Below, in pieces: positions 9,045-19,313 of a stretch of DNA of 64,000 nucleotides (position 1 is the first letter of the stretch; every line of letters begins with the position of its first letter). Source of the stretch: a bacterium. Lineage in GTDB: Bacteria; Krumholzibacteriota; Krumholzibacteriia; LZORAL124-64-63. The stretch is taken from assembly GCA_018829565.1 (NCBI GenBank), contig JAHJTW010000061.1:119-64118 (forward strand), read 5' to 3'. The notes below the pieces were generated by a model. It was given only the letters and a program-made list of their open reading frames with translations, did not search any database and was not told where the DNA came from. The position numbers and the translations under genes are program-made.

Positions 9045-11417
9045 ATGCGCAGGCAGATCAAGAAGGTGGCGGTGCTGGGATCCGGAGTCATGGGCAGCGC
9101 CATCGCCGCCCATTTCGCCAACGCGGGCATCCCCTCGCTCGTGCTGGACATCGTTCCGAAGGACGCCGGTCCCGACCCCCGGTCCCGCAACGCGGTCGCG
9201 GCGGCCGCGGTGGCCGCGCTGAAGAAGTCCAGACCCTCCCCCCTGTTCTCGGCCGGCCGGCTGGGCATGATCGAAACCGGAAACCTGGAGGATGATCTGC
9301 CCCGCCTGAAGGAAGCCGACTGGATCATCGAGGTGGTCAAGGAGGACATGGCGATCAAGAAGATCGTCCTCGGGAACGCCGCCCCGCACATCGCGGACCA
9401 CGCCGTCTTCAGCAGCAACACCAGCGGCCTGAGTCTGGCCGAGATGGCCGCGGCCCTGCCCGAGGGCCTGCGCTCCCGCTTCCTCGGCACGCACTTCTTC
9501 AATCCGCCCCGCTACATGAAGCTCTTCGAGCTGATCCCCACCGCGGACACGGATCCCGAAGTCACCGCCTTCGTGGCGGACTTCGCGAGCACACGCCTGG
9601 GCAAGGGCATCGTGATGGCCAAGGACACCCCCAACTTCATCGCCAACCGCATCGGGGTGCACGCCATGATGGCCACCGTGCGGGTGATGGAGGAACTGGA
9701 GCTGTCCATCGAGGAAGTCGACGCCCTGACCGGCCCGGCCATCGGACGCCCCAAGACCGCCACCTTCCAGCTCGCCGACCTGGTCGGCCTCGATACCTTC
9801 CTTCACGTCGCGGACAACATCTACCCCCTGATTCCAGACGACGAGGCCCGCGAGATCTTCAAGTCGCCCGATTACCTGCGGGCCATGGTCGAGAAGGGAC
9901 TGCTGGGCCGCAAATCCGGCGGGGGCTTCTACCGGATGGAGAAGACGGACGAGGGAAAGGTCTTCTACACCCTCGATCCGGCCACGCTGGAGTACCGTCC
10001 CCAGGAGAAGGCCAAGTTCCCGGAAATCGCCGCGGCCAAGAACATCGAGGACCAGAACGAGCGCCTGCGCACCCTCGCCTACGGCAAGGGCAAGGCCGGC
10101 CAGGCCATCTGGAAGATGCTGGCGGCGAGCTTCTCCTACAGCGCCATGCGCCTGGGCGAGATCTGCGACCAGGCCGCCGAGATCGACCGGGCCGTGTGCT
10201 GGGGCTTCAACTGGAAGCTGGGCCCGTTCCAGGTCTGGGAGGCCCTGGGGTTCCGCAAGGCGGTCGAGAGGATGCGGACCGACGGTCTGCCCCTGCCTGC
10301 CTGGGTCGACGCCCTCTACGACAGCGGCGCCGAGACCATCTACCGCACCACCGGCGGCGTGCTGGAGAGTCCCACCGCCGAACCCGGCGGGTTCGCGCCG
10401 GTCCCGCAGGATGAGCGGATCTTCGACTTCGACATCCTGCGGACCGGCGGGAAGGAAGTGCGGCGCAACCCCGGCTCCAGCCTGATCGACCTGGGCGACG
10501 GCGTCCTGGGCCTGGAGTTCCACGCCAAGATGAACGCCATCGGCCAGGACACCCTCAGCATGGTGATGACCGCCTGCACCGAGGCCGAACAGAACTGGCG
10601 GGCCCTGGTGGTCGCCAACGGGGCGGACAACTTCTCCGTCGGCGCCAACCTGATGATGCTGATGATGGAGGCCGTCGAGGGCAACTGGGAGGACATCAAC
10701 CTGATCGTCCACGCCTTCCAGGCCGCCACCAGCCGGCTCGAGCACTGCGGGGTGCCCGTGGTCACGGCCCCTGCAGGCATGGCCCTGGGCGGCGGCTGCG
10801 AGATCACCATGAGCGGCAACGCCGTGCGCTGCGCCGCCGAGACCTACATCGGCCTGGTGGAGTTCGGCGCCGGCCTGATCCCCGCCGGGGGCGGCTGCCT
10901 GCGCCTCTACCAGCGGAACGTGGCCCTGCTCACCGACAAGACCGATCTGCAGCCGGCCTTCCGCAAGACCTTCGAGACCATCGGCACCGCCAAGGTCGCC
11001 ACCAGCTGCGAGGAGGCGAAGGAGCTGGGCTTCCTGCGCCCGGGCGACAGCTGGTCCATGAACCGCGACCACCTGGCGGCCGACGCCAAGGACCTGGCCC
11101 TCTGCCTGGCCGCGACCAACTACGTCCCGCCCGTGGAGGACCAGGCGATCCCCGTGATGGGCGCCGCCGGCATCGGCCTGGCCGAATCGGTCCTCTACAA
11201 CATGATGCAGGGCGGATACATCAGCGAACACGACCGCAAGATCGGGATGGAGCTGGCGAAGGTGATCGCCGGCGGCGAGGTGCCCTCCGGCACGACCGTC
11301 ACCGAGAAGCACATGCTCGATCTCGAGCGCGAGGGTTTCATGCGGCTGGTGAGCGACCGCAAGACCCTCGAACGCATGGAGTACATCCTCAAGACCGGCA
11401 AGCCCCTGCGGAACTAG
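9045..11417 (+). CDS. fadN: 3-hydroxyacyl-CoA dehydrogenase / enoyl-CoA hydratase fusion (FadN type)
   Basis: 790 aa. N-terminal NAD fold VAVLGSGVMGSAIAAHFANAG, HFFNPPRYMKL. C-terminal crotonase-like half (PVVTAPAGMALGGGCEI). Confidence 0.9.
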   Translation: MRRQIKKVAVLGSGVMGSAIAAHFANAGIPSLVLDIVPKDAGPDPRSRNAVAAAAVAALKKSRPSPLFSAGRLGMIETGNLEDDLPRLKEADWIIEVVKEDMAIKKIVLGNAAPHIADHAVFSSNTSGLSLAEMAAALPEGLRSRFLGTHFFNPPRYMKLFELIPTADTDPEVTAFVADFASTRLGKGIVMAKDTPNFIANRIGVHAMMATVRVMEELELSIEEVDALTGPAIGRPKTATFQLADLVGLDTFLHVADNIYPLIPDDEAREIFKSPDYLRAMVEKGLLGRKSGGGFYRMEKTDEGKVFYTLDPATLEYRPQEKAKFPEIAAAKNIEDQNERLRTLAYGKGKAGQAIWKMLAASFSYSAMRLGEICDQAAEIDRAVCWGFNWKLGPFQVWEALGFRKAVERMRTDGLPLPAWVDALYDSGAETIYRTTGGVLESPTAEPGGFAPVPQDERIFDFDILRTGGKEVRRNPGSSLIDLGDGVLGLEFHAKMNAIGQDTLSMVMTACTEAEQNWRALVVANGADNFSVGANLMMLMMEAVEGNWEDINLIVHAFQAATSRLEHCGVPVVTAPAGMALGGGCEITMSGNAVRCAAETYIGLVEFGAGLIPAGGGCLRLYQRNVALLTDKTDLQPAFRKTFETIGTAKVATSCEEAKELGFLRPGDSWSMNRDHLAADAKDLALCLAATNYVPPVEDQAIPVMGAAGIGLAESVLYNMMQGGYISEHDRKIGMELAKVIAGGEVPSGTTVTEKHMLDLEREGFMRLVSDRKTLERMEYILKTGKPLRN

Positions 11418-11435
11418 CGGGAAAAGGAGACCAAG

Positions 11436-12620
11436 ATGAAGGAAGTCGTCGTCATCGCCGCCCGCCGCACCGCCGTGGGCAAGGCCCTGAAGGGGAGCCT
11501 GCGCCACACCCGTCCGGACGACCTGGGCGCCGCCGTGGTGCGGGACATCGTCGCGATGTTCCCCAAGCTCGACCCCGCGCGGATCGGGGACGTCATCATG
11601 GGCTGCGCCATGCCCGAAGGCGAGCAGGGCATGAACGTGGGCCGCAACATCGCCCTGATGTCCGGCTTGCCGGTCACCGTGCCCGGCATGACCGTCAACC
11701 GGTTCTGCAGTTCGGGCCTCGAGACCATCAACATCGGGGCCGCCCAGATCATGACCGGCCAGTCCGAGTTCGTGATCGCCGGCGGGACCGAGACCATGAC
11801 CATGGTGCCCATGGGGGGCCTGCGCTACCTGCCCAACCCCACCCTGGCCCGTGAACACCCCGAGTACCTGACCAACATGGGATTGACCGCCGAGAATCTC
11901 GTGGTTCGCGACGGGATCACCCGCGAGGCCCAGGACGAGTTCGCCTACCACAGCCACCGCAAGGCGGTCGAGGCCATCGCGGCCGGACGCTACGAGGGGG
12001 AAATCGTCCCGGTCATGGCGCAGCTGCCCGGGGTGGACAAGAAAGGCCGGCCCGTCACCGAGCAGGTGGAGTTCAAGGTGGACGAAGGCCCCCGCGCCGA
12101 CACCACCGTCGAGGCCCTGGCCAAGCTGAAGCCCGCCTTCAAGCAGGGCGGCACCGTCACCGCGGGCAACAGCAGCCAGATGAGCGACGGCGCCGCCGCC
12201 GTCATGCTGACCACGCCCGAACTCGCGGCCGCGATCGGGGCCGTGCCCCTGGCGCGATTCCTGGGCTACGCCGTCGCCGGCGTCGAACCCGAGATCATGG
12301 GCGTCGGCCCGGTGGCCGCGGTGCCCAGGATCCTGGCCCGGACCGGCCTGTCCCTGGAGCAGATGGACGTCATCGAGCTGAACGAGGCCTTCGCCGCGCA
12401 GAGCCTGGCGGTCTGCAAGCACCTGGGCCTGGATCCCGCCGACCCGCGCCTGAACCCCAACGGCGGAGCCGTGGCCCTGGGGCATCCCCTCGGATGCACC
12501 GGCGCCAAGCTGACCACCAGCGCCATCCACGAATTGAAGCGCCGGGGCGGCAAGTACGCCCTGGTCACCATGTGCATCGGCACCGGGATGGGTGCCGCCG
12601 GTATTTTCGAGGCGATCTAA
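11436..12620 (+). CDS. fadA: acetyl-CoA C-acyltransferase (degradative thiolase)
   Basis: 394 aa. [10 protein letters not shown] (active-site Cys), [23 protein letters not shown]. Confidence 0.9.
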   Translation: MKEVVVIAARRTAVGKALKGSLRHTRPDDLGAAVVRDIVAMFPKLDPARIGDVIMGCAMPEGEQGMNVGRNIALMSGLPVTVPGMTVNRFCSSGLETINIGAAQIMTGQSEFVIAGGTETMTMVPMGGLRYLPNPTLAREHPEYLTNMGLTAENLVVRDGITREAQDEFAYHSHRKAVEAIAAGRYEGEIVPVMAQLPGVDKKGRPVTEQVEFKVDEGPRADTTVEALAKLKPAFKQGGTVTAGNSSQMSDGAAAVMLTTPELAAAIGAVPLARFLGYAVAGVEPEIMGVGPVAAVPRILARTGLSLEQMDVIELNEAFAAQSLAVCKHLGLDPADPRLNPNGGAVALGHPLGCTGAKLTTSAIHELKRRGGKYALVTMCIGTGMGAAGIFEAI

Positions 12621-12662
12621 CCGCCGGGGCGGGGCCCCGCGACGTTCAAAGGAGAACCGACG

Positions 12663-14453
12663 ATGTCAGAGCAGAAGACCACCACCGGCGGCGAGTTCCT
12701 GTTGACCGAGACCGATCCCGGGTCGGTGTTCACGCCCGAGGACTTCAACGAGACCCAGCGCATGTTCGCCAAGACCTGCGAGGATTTCATCGAGAAGGTC
12801 ATCGACCCGGTGCAGGAGGAGTTCGAATACCACGGCAACACCATGCTCGGCAAGGACCTGCTCAAGCAGGCCGGGGAGATGGGCCTGCTGATGGCCGACA
12901 TCCCCGAGGCCTACGGCGGGATGGGCTCGGACAAGGCCACCATCATGCTCATCAGCGAGAAGATGAGCGGCAGCGGCAGCTTCGCCGTCACCCACGGCGC
13001 CCAGTCGGGCATCGGCACCCTGCCCATCGTCTACTTCGGCACCCCCGAACAGAAGCAGAAGTACCTGCCGAAGCTCGCCACCGGCGAGCTGCTCACCTGC
13101 TACGCCCTGACCGAGCCGGGCAGCGGCAGCGACGCCCTGGCGGCCGCCACGACGGCCAGGCTGACCGGGGACGGCAAGCACTACGTCCTCAACGGGACCA
13201 AGCAGTACATCTCGAACGCGGGCTACGCCGAGATGGTCATCCTCTTCGCGAAGGTCGACGGCGAACACTTCACCGCGTTCATCGTCGACCTCACGAGCGA
13301 GGGCGTGACCATCGGCGCCGAGGAGAAGAAGATGGGCTTCAAGGGCTCGTCCACCTGCGCCATCATCCTCGAGGACGTGAAGGTGCCGGTGGAGAACGTC
13401 CTGGGCGAGATCGGCAAGGGCCACCTGATCGCCTTCAACATCCTGAACGTGGGCCGCTTCAAGCTGGGCGCCAGCACCGTCGGGGGCTGCAAGCTGGTGC
13501 TCAAGAGCGCCGTGCCCTACACCAAGCAGCGCCACCAGTTCGGCCATCCCCTGAGCGATTTCGGCCTGATCCGCCGCAAGATCGCCGACGTGACCGCGAC
13601 CACCTTCGTGGCCGAGTCCATGGTCTACCGCACCGCCGGCCTGCTCGACGGGGCGATCGCCACCCTGGACAGGAACGACCCAGGCTACGACCGCGCCGGC
13701 ATCGAGATGGTCGAGGACTTCTCCATCGAATGCTCCATGATCAAGGTCTTCGCTTCGGAGGCCATGGCCCTGGCCGCCGAGGAGGGCCTGCAGATGCTGG
13801 GGGGCTACGGCTACTGCCAGGAATATCCCCTGGAGCGCTGGTACCGTGACGAGCGGGTGAACCGCATCTTCGAGGGCACCAACGAGATCAACCGCATGAT
13901 CGTGCCCGGGATGATCCTCAAGAAGGCCCTCAAGGGCGAGCTGGCCTTCCTGCAAGCCGCCCAGGCCGTGGCCGGCGAGCTGACCGGACTGCCCTCGTTC
14001 GAGGAACCCGGCGAACCCGCCTTCCTCGAGGAGGAGGGCAAGCTGGTGGCCAACATGAAGAAGGTGGTCCTGGCGGTGATGGGTCTGGCCGCCCAGAAGT
14101 TCGGGGCGAACCTCAAGGACCAGCAGGGAGTGCTGGCGGACTGCGCCGACATCATCATGCAGACCTACGCCTGCGAGAGCGGCCTGCTGCGCGCCCTGAA
14201 GAAGGCCGCGAAGGAAGGAGAGCCCGCCGCTGCGGGCATGGCCGACATGCTGACCCTGTACACCCATGACGCCATGGACAAGGTGGGGGTGCTGGCCCGC
14301 AACGTGCTCGCGGCCACCGTCGAGGGCGACGAAATGCGGACCTATGCGGCCGGGCTCCGCCGGCTGGTCAAGCACGATCCGGTCAACAGGGCCAGGCTGC
14401 ACGACGCCATCGCCCGGCGGGTGATCGACGCCGAAGGCTACACCGTGAAGTAG
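12663..14453 (+). CDS. fadE: long acyl-CoA dehydrogenase (FadE type)
   Basis: 596 aa. YALTEPGSGSDA, GGYGYCQEYPLERWYRDERVNRIFEGTNEI. Size and operon order match Bacillus fadN-fadA-fadE. Confidence 0.9.
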   Translation: MSEQKTTTGGEFLLTETDPGSVFTPEDFNETQRMFAKTCEDFIEKVIDPVQEEFEYHGNTMLGKDLLKQAGEMGLLMADIPEAYGGMGSDKATIMLISEKMSGSGSFAVTHGAQSGIGTLPIVYFGTPEQKQKYLPKLATGELLTCYALTEPGSGSDALAAATTARLTGDGKHYVLNGTKQYISNAGYAEMVILFAKVDGEHFTAFIVDLTSEGVTIGAEEKKMGFKGSSTCAIILEDVKVPVENVLGEIGKGHLIAFNILNVGRFKLGASTVGGCKLVLKSAVPYTKQRHQFGHPLSDFGLIRRKIADVTATTFVAESMVYRTAGLLDGAIATLDRNDPGYDRAGIEMVEDFSIECSMIKVFASEAMALAAEEGLQMLGGYGYCQEYPLERWYRDERVNRIFEGTNEINRMIVPGMILKKALKGELAFLQAAQAVAGELTGLPSFEEPGEPAFLEEEGKLVANMKKVVLAVMGLAAQKFGANLKDQQGVLADCADIIMQTYACESGLLRALKKAAKEGEPAAAGMADMLTLYTHDAMDKVGVLARNVLAATVEGDEMRTYAAGLRRLVKHDPVNRARLHDAIARRVIDAEGYTVK

Positions 14454-14564
14454 GAAGGTTCGGGGGCCGGGTCGCGCGCCAGGCTCGGGTTCTGCATCAG
14501 CGCAGTGGGACTTTACGCGCCGCCGCGGCGCCGGCCCCCTTTCCCCTTCCGGCCCGTTTCCCCG

Positions 14565-14591
14565 CCCCCGGTTGACGATTCCAACCGGGGG
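14565..14591 (+). terminator. hairpin downstream of fadE
   Basis: CCCCCGGTT-9 nt-AACCGGGGG followed by TTCGTATAATT. It overlaps the next promoter, so its role is ambiguous. Confidence 0.35.
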
Positions 14592-14601
14592 TTCGTATAA
14601 T
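14572..14601 (+). promoter_or_regulatory. sigma70-type promoter of the envelope cluster
   Basis: TTGACG (14572-14577), 18 nt, TATAAT (14596-14601). Confidence 0.5.
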
Positions 14602-14676
14602 TGCCAGTAGAGCAGGGGGCTTTCCTCCCCCTCCAAGTCCGGACCCGACATCCGTCCCCTCGGAATCAGGTGAATC

Positions 14677-15966
14677 GTGCACGGAAACCGTCCTTTCCGG
14701 GCCCGCCGCACCGGCGCCCCGGTCCTTTTCCTCCTGTTGCTGCTTGTCTCCGGTTGCGGCCGCGAGGCGCCCAGCTATGCTCCGGGGACGTTGACCGTCA
14801 CCAGCGATCCGGCGGGCGCGGCGATCTTCATCGACGGCCGGGACACCGGCGAGACCACCCCGTTCACCTTCGCCGACATGCCCGCAGCCGCCTACGAGGT
14901 CGGCGTCGTGCTGCCCCCCTACCTCAGCACTCCCGGCAGCCGCATCGTGACCGTCGCCCCGCTGGGGCATGCGGATGCGGATTTCTCCCTGGTTTTGACC
15001 GCCCTGACCGTCGCCTCCGAACCCGCCGGCGCCCGCATCACCCTCGACGGTCTGGACACCGGCCTCTTCACCCCGGCGGAGATCGGCGTGGAGCCGGGCC
15101 TTCACCGCCTCGCCCTGGACCTCGACGGGTTCCGGTTCCTGCCCGGTGAACTCGCCGTGGACGTGGCCGCGGGGGAGATCCTCGAGATCCCCGCCTCCGC
15201 CTTCATGGCCCGCTCCCTGCGCACCGTCCTGCTCGAAGGGTTCTCCAACATCTTCTGTCAAGGCTGCCCCGAACTGTCGGCCAACCTGCACGCCCTGCAA
15301 TTGACAGAGGGCTACGGCCTGGACCGCCTCCTGGTCCTGAAGTTCAGCATGTCCTGGCCCCTGCGGGCCGATCCCCACTACCAGTACAACATCCCCGAGA
15401 ACGACGGCAGGCTGCTGTATTACGGTCCCGAGGAGATCATCGCCCTGCCCACCCTGTACGCCGACGGGGCGCTGCAGGGGTCGGCCGGCAATCCGCCCGG
15501 ACCGGGGTCCCTGCGGGATCTCGTGGACCTCGCACTCCTGGGCGACCCCGGGTTCTTCATCGACGTCGAGGCGGACTTCACCCTGCCGAGCGTGCCGGTG
15601 ACCGTCACCCTGACCGCCCTGGACGGAGAGATCGACCTGACCGGGACCACCCTGTTCGTCGCCCTGGCCCAGGATCAGGTGGATTATCCGGAACCTCCGG
15701 TCGAACCCAACCTCGGCGAGACCACCTTCTACTGGCTGTTCAGGGACATGGCCGACCAGCCGCCCGTCCCCGGAGCCCTGGCGAGCGGATCGCCTCTCGT
15801 CTTGACGCTCGACCTGGTGCGGGGAGACTGGGATCCCGCATCCTGCGCCGTCATCGCCTTCATCCAGGACCAGGCCACCGGTGCCGTCCTCCAGGCCGGC
15901 TCCACCGCCGTGCCGCCCCTGTCCGCAGCCCCTGCCGACACCTATTCCGAAAGTGCGAACCGATGA
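14677..15966 (+). CDS. lipoprotein with two PEGA domains and an Omp28/thioredoxin-like C-terminal domain
   Basis: GTG start. Lipobox LLLLVSGC. PEGA units LTVTSDPAGAAIFIDGRDTGETTP and LTVASEPAGARITLDGLDTGLFTP. Then VLLEGFSNIFCQGCPE (CxxC). Confidence 0.7.
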   Translation: MHGNRPFRARRTGAPVLFLLLLLVSGCGREAPSYAPGTLTVTSDPAGAAIFIDGRDTGETTPFTFADMPAAAYEVGVVLPPYLSTPGSRIVTVAPLGHADADFSLVLTALTVASEPAGARITLDGLDTGLFTPAEIGVEPGLHRLALDLDGFRFLPGELAVDVAAGEILEIPASAFMARSLRTVLLEGFSNIFCQGCPELSANLHALQLTEGYGLDRLLVLKFSMSWPLRADPHYQYNIPENDGRLLYYGPEEIIALPTLYADGALQGSAGNPPGPGSLRDLVDLALLGDPGFFIDVEADFTLPSVPVTVTLTALDGEIDLTGTTLFVALAQDQVDYPEPPVEPNLGETTFYWLFRDMADQPPVPGALASGSPLVLTLDLVRGDWDPASCAVIAFIQDQATGAVLQAGSTAVPPLSAAPADTYSESANR

Positions 15967-17342
15967 AAACCATCGCCACCCTCCTCGTATCGCTCGCAGC
16001 CGGCCTTCTCCCCGCCGCCGGCCTGGCCCAGTACGGGTTCACGGTCGACGTTCCCCACCAGGGCGCGGTCGCCGACCTTGTCCAGCTGCATTCCTTCCAC
16101 AACACCGTGACCAACACCGGATCGGTCGCCGACACCTATGAGGTCGTCATCGCGCGCGACTTGCCCGGTGACTGGATCGCCTCCCTGTGCGAGGGGACCA
16201 TCTGCTACCCCCCCCACCTGAGCGTCATCACCTTCACCCTCGATCCAGGGGAATTCACCCAGCTCCTGGTGGACATCACCCCCCTGACCGACCAGGGCGA
16301 AGGTTCCGCCTCGGTGACGATCACCAGCCAGGGCCAGCCTGCCCTGAGCGAGCAGTTCGCGTTCACCGTCCTGAGCAGCGGGCTGGACGTCCTGCTGGTC
16401 GACGCCGACGGCGGCCTGGGGTACGAGACCTACTACCAGGGCGCCCTGACCGCTGCGGGGAAGACCTTCGGCACCTGGGACCGGGATCTGTTCGGCGTCC
16501 TGGCCGCCGAGGAACTCGGGGGGTTCGGGACCATCGTGTATGCGCTCGGGTCCGGCTCGGCGGGCCTGACGCCCGCCGATCTTCCCGCCCTGCAGGATCT
16601 GCTGCAGGCGGGCGGACAGGTCGTCGTCTCGGGCCAGAACGTGGTGCGGGACTTCTGCTCGGCCGGCGGCGTCCATTATTCGGCCGCCAACCGCCTGTGG
16701 TTCCGGAACGTCCTGGGTGTGGACTACGTCCTCGACGATGCCGACGACTCGACCGTGTCCGGAGTGATCGGCGATCCCGTCGCCGGCGGCCTCGCCCTGG
16801 CCATCAACGGGGGCACGGGCGCGAACGACAACACCGTCCAGGACGAGATCGCCCCGGTGGGCCCCGGTGCGGCCAGCCTGGAGTACTCGCCCGGACGGGC
16901 GGCCGCGGTACGGGCCTCGTACGGGCAGGGCCGCAGCTACGTGATGGGGTTCGGTTTCGAGGGCATCTCCTCCGATGCGTCCCGCAACGACCTGCTGGCC
17001 CGCATCTTCACCTGGATGGCCCAGCAGGTCTCCGGCGCCCCCGGGCCCGTGTCCGGTCTGTTCGTCCGCACGCCGGTGGTTGCCCCCAATCCCTTCAACC
17101 CCTTGACCCACCTGATGTTCGAGGTGGGCGGCGACACGCCCGTTCCGGGCTCGGTCGCCATCTTCGATCTGCGCGGCCGCCTGGTCGCCGACCTGTTCAG
17201 CGGGGCCTTTTATCCCGGCCCCCAGGACCTGGTCTGGAACGGCCGGGACCGGAACGGCAGGATCGCCGGCGGCGGGCTCTACCTCGCCCGGATCCGGGTC
17301 GCCGACCAGGTCCGGACCGTGAAGCTCACCCTTGCCAAGTGA
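15963..17342 (+). CDS. secreted protein with FlgD-Ig/T9SS-type C-terminal domain
   Basis: ATGA overlap with the upstream gene. Signal peptide MKTIATLLVSLAAGLLPAAGLAQ. C-terminus PNPFNPLTHLMFEV...AIFDLRGRLVADL...WNGRDRNGRIAGGGLYLARI. Confidence 0.75.
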   Translation: MKTIATLLVSLAAGLLPAAGLAQYGFTVDVPHQGAVADLVQLHSFHNTVTNTGSVADTYEVVIARDLPGDWIASLCEGTICYPPHLSVITFTLDPGEFTQLLVDITPLTDQGEGSASVTITSQGQPALSEQFAFTVLSSGLDVLLVDADGGLGYETYYQGALTAAGKTFGTWDRDLFGVLAAEELGGFGTIVYALGSGSAGLTPADLPALQDLLQAGGQVVVSGQNVVRDFCSAGGVHYSAANRLWFRNVLGVDYVLDDADDSTVSGVIGDPVAGGLALAINGGTGANDNTVQDEIAPVGPGAASLEYSPGRAAAVRASYGQGRSYVMGFGFEGISSDASRNDLLARIFTWMAQQVSGAPGPVSGLFVRTPVVAPNPFNPLTHLMFEVGGDTPVPGSVAIFDLRGRLVADLFSGAFYPGPQDLVWNGRDRNGRIAGGGLYLARIRVADQVRTVKLTLAK

Positions 17343-17345
17343 TGC

Positions 17346-17368
17346 GGCCGGCGGCACAGCCGCCGGCC
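17346..17368 (+). terminator. GC hairpin after the 15963-17342 gene
   Basis: GGCCGGCGGC-aca-GCCGCCGGCC, a perfect 10-bp stem, then TTCCCGTT. Confidence 0.45.
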
Positions 17369-17399
17369 TTCCCGTTGCCATGCGAAGGGGTCCCGAACG

Positions 17400-19313
17400 A
17401 TGATGAGGCACAAGCCCGCCCTGCTTGGTCTGTCCGCCGCTCTCCTGTTCCTCGTCCTGGGAACCGGCGCCTTCGGCGCCGACTGGTCCCTGCCCACCGC
17501 CGACGGCGGAACGGTCGCCTTCGGCGAACGGCTGGCCCAGGGGCCGGTCGTGGTTTCCTTCTGGGCCACCTGGTGCAAGCCCTGCCTCAAGGAGCTTCCC
17601 CACCTCGAAGCGCTGGCGGAGGACTTCAGCGGACGGGTCACCGTCCTGGCCGTGAACACCGACGGACCCAAGGCCGTGGCCAAGGTCGCCCCCTTCATCG
17701 CCGCCTCGGGGTACGACGACCTCATCGTCCCCCTGGACACCGCAGCCGAGGTCCAGGAATTGCTGCAGGTCGGCGGATCCATTCCCTTTACGATCGTCTT
17801 CGACGGCCAGGGCCGGGTGGCGTATCGTCACCTGGGCTACAAGGAGGGGGACGAACACGCCTTGCGCGAGGTGATCGAGGCCCTGCTGGACCAGCCGGCG
17901 GCCCCCGGCCCGACCGCCTCGTCCTTCGCCGGCCGGGTCACGGCGACCGACCGCTTCGAGTACTCCTACTCCACCGAGACCAGGCAGGAGATCTTCGAGA
18001 ACTGGCTCGACGTCGACTACGAGCTCGACGGGCTGCGGACGGGCATCCTGCTGAACAGCCGGGCTCCCAGCGAAGAGGGTCAGCGCTCCAACGAGGTCGC
18101 ACACCGGTTCGTGGAGTTCAAGCGGGGCGAGGCCGTCATCCGCGCCGGCCACTTCTACGGGCTTTTCGGCCGGGGCCTGATCTTCAACGCCTACGAGGAC
18201 CGCACCATCCGCATCGACACCCGCCTCGACGGCATCATCGCCACGGGCGGTCAGGGACGCTGGCAGGCCACCGCCTTTTCGGGCACTCCCCTGGACCGGC
18301 CGGTGGACGTCCGCGGTCTGGATGTGGGCTACGCCCTCGATGGGGGTCCTTTCCTTGCCGCATCCGGCCTGACCTTCCGGCCCGACGACTTCACCGCCGA
18401 GGACGGGACCGTCCACCGCGAGTGGGCGACCGCCGTCCGGGCGCGGCAGAACTTCTCCTGGGGCGACTACTACCTCGAAGCCGGCTGGAAGAACCGCTAC
18501 GAATTCGAACCCGAGGCCGGGCTCTACGCCGAGGGCGCCGGCCGGGCGCTGTACGGGAACCTGAACCTCTACCACGGACCGTGGGCCGTATCCTGGGAGG
18601 TCATGGATTACGAACGGTTCACCGTCCTGGCCCGGGCCGACGGCAAGACCAGCCTGAACCGCCCCCCCTCCCTGGCCCGGGAACTGACCTGGACCCTGCT
18701 CAACCGGGCCCCGCACAACCTCAACGCCGACGACGAACGCGGCCGGAATCTCGACCTCCAGTACACCCGGGGGGACTGGTCCCTGCAGGCCACCGGGGCC
18801 AGCCTGGAGAACCAGGCCGGCGTCACGATCTACGATCTCGCTTACGGCGGAATCCAGCGGGATGCGGGCGGTCCTGTGGCCTGGCAGGCCGGCTTCGCCT
18901 ACCAGGACAACGAGGGTTTGAGGCAGACCGTGGTGGGCGAGTTGACGTGGCGGGCTGGGCCGTCCACTTCGTGGACGATCCAGGCCGAACACCAGCACGT
19001 GAGGCTGGGCGGGGGGCGGGGCTTCGACCTGGGCGAGCACGACCAGCAGTGGTTCAAGCTGGAGCTGGAGACCGCGCGCCGCTGGGCGGTGGCGGCCTTC
19101 CTGGAGACCAACAACAAGTACGCCGACCAGCGAGGACTCACCGAGGATGAAAGCCCCTTCCCGGCCGGCCAGATTAGCTACACCCTTGACGGTGGCGGCA
19201 ACCTGAACCTGTGGTTCGGCCGGCGGCAGGAAGGGTTCATCTGCTCGGGAGGCGTCTGCAAGTTCGAACCGGCGTTCTCCGGGATCGAGATGTTCGGGAC
19301 CTTCCGCTACTGA
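17400..19313 (+). CDS. TlpA/ResA-like thioredoxin domain fused to a large putative outer-membrane beta-barrel (DUF6029-like)
   Basis: Signal peptide. VVSFWATWCKPCLKELPHLEAL (WCxxC), then a Pro/Ala linker, then about 470 aa of alternating-strand sequence (YGLFGRGLIFNAYEDRTIRIDTRLDG) ending in ...GIEMFGTFRY with an aromatic C-terminus. Confidence 0.7.
   Translation: MMRHKPALLGLSAALLFLVLGTGAFGADWSLPTADGGTVAFGERLAQGPVVVSFWATWCKPCLKELPHLEALAEDFSGRVTVLAVNTDGPKAVAKVAPFIAASGYDDLIVPLDTAAEVQELLQVGGSIPFTIVFDGQGRVAYRHLGYKEGDEHALREVIEALLDQPAAPGPTASSFAGRVTATDRFEYSYSTETRQEIFENWLDVDYELDGLRTGILLNSRAPSEEGQRSNEVAHRFVEFKRGEAVIRAGHFYGLFGRGLIFNAYEDRTIRIDTRLDGIIATGGQGRWQATAFSGTPLDRPVDVRGLDVGYALDGGPFLAASGLTFRPDDFTAEDGTVHREWATAVRARQNFSWGDYYLEAGWKNRYEFEPEAGLYAEGAGRALYGNLNLYHGPWAVSWEVMDYERFTVLARADGKTSLNRPPSLARELTWTLLNRAPHNLNADDERGRNLDLQYTRGDWSLQATGASLENQAGVTIYDLAYGGIQRDAGGPVAWQAGFAYQDNEGLRQTVVGELTWRAGPSTSWTIQAEHQHVRLGGGRGFDLGEHDQQWFKLELETARRWAVAAFLETNNKYADQRGLTEDESPFPAGQISYTLDGGGNLNLWFGRRQEGFICSGGVCKFEPAFSGIEMFGTFRY

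Noticed and set aside
9012-12530. 1172-aa ORF on the minus strand. Similar giants occur at 5221-7713 (-), 12666-14711 (-), 15942-19430 (-), 25508-28150 (-) and 61687-63483 (-).
   Set aside because: These are antisense to genes with unmistakable family motifs (fadN/fadA, norB, fadE, the envelope cluster, GH13, gatD). Their translations are low-complexity Gly/Ala/Arg/Pro/Asp-rich strings with no motifs, which is the classic stop-codon-poor antisense frame of high-GC DNA.
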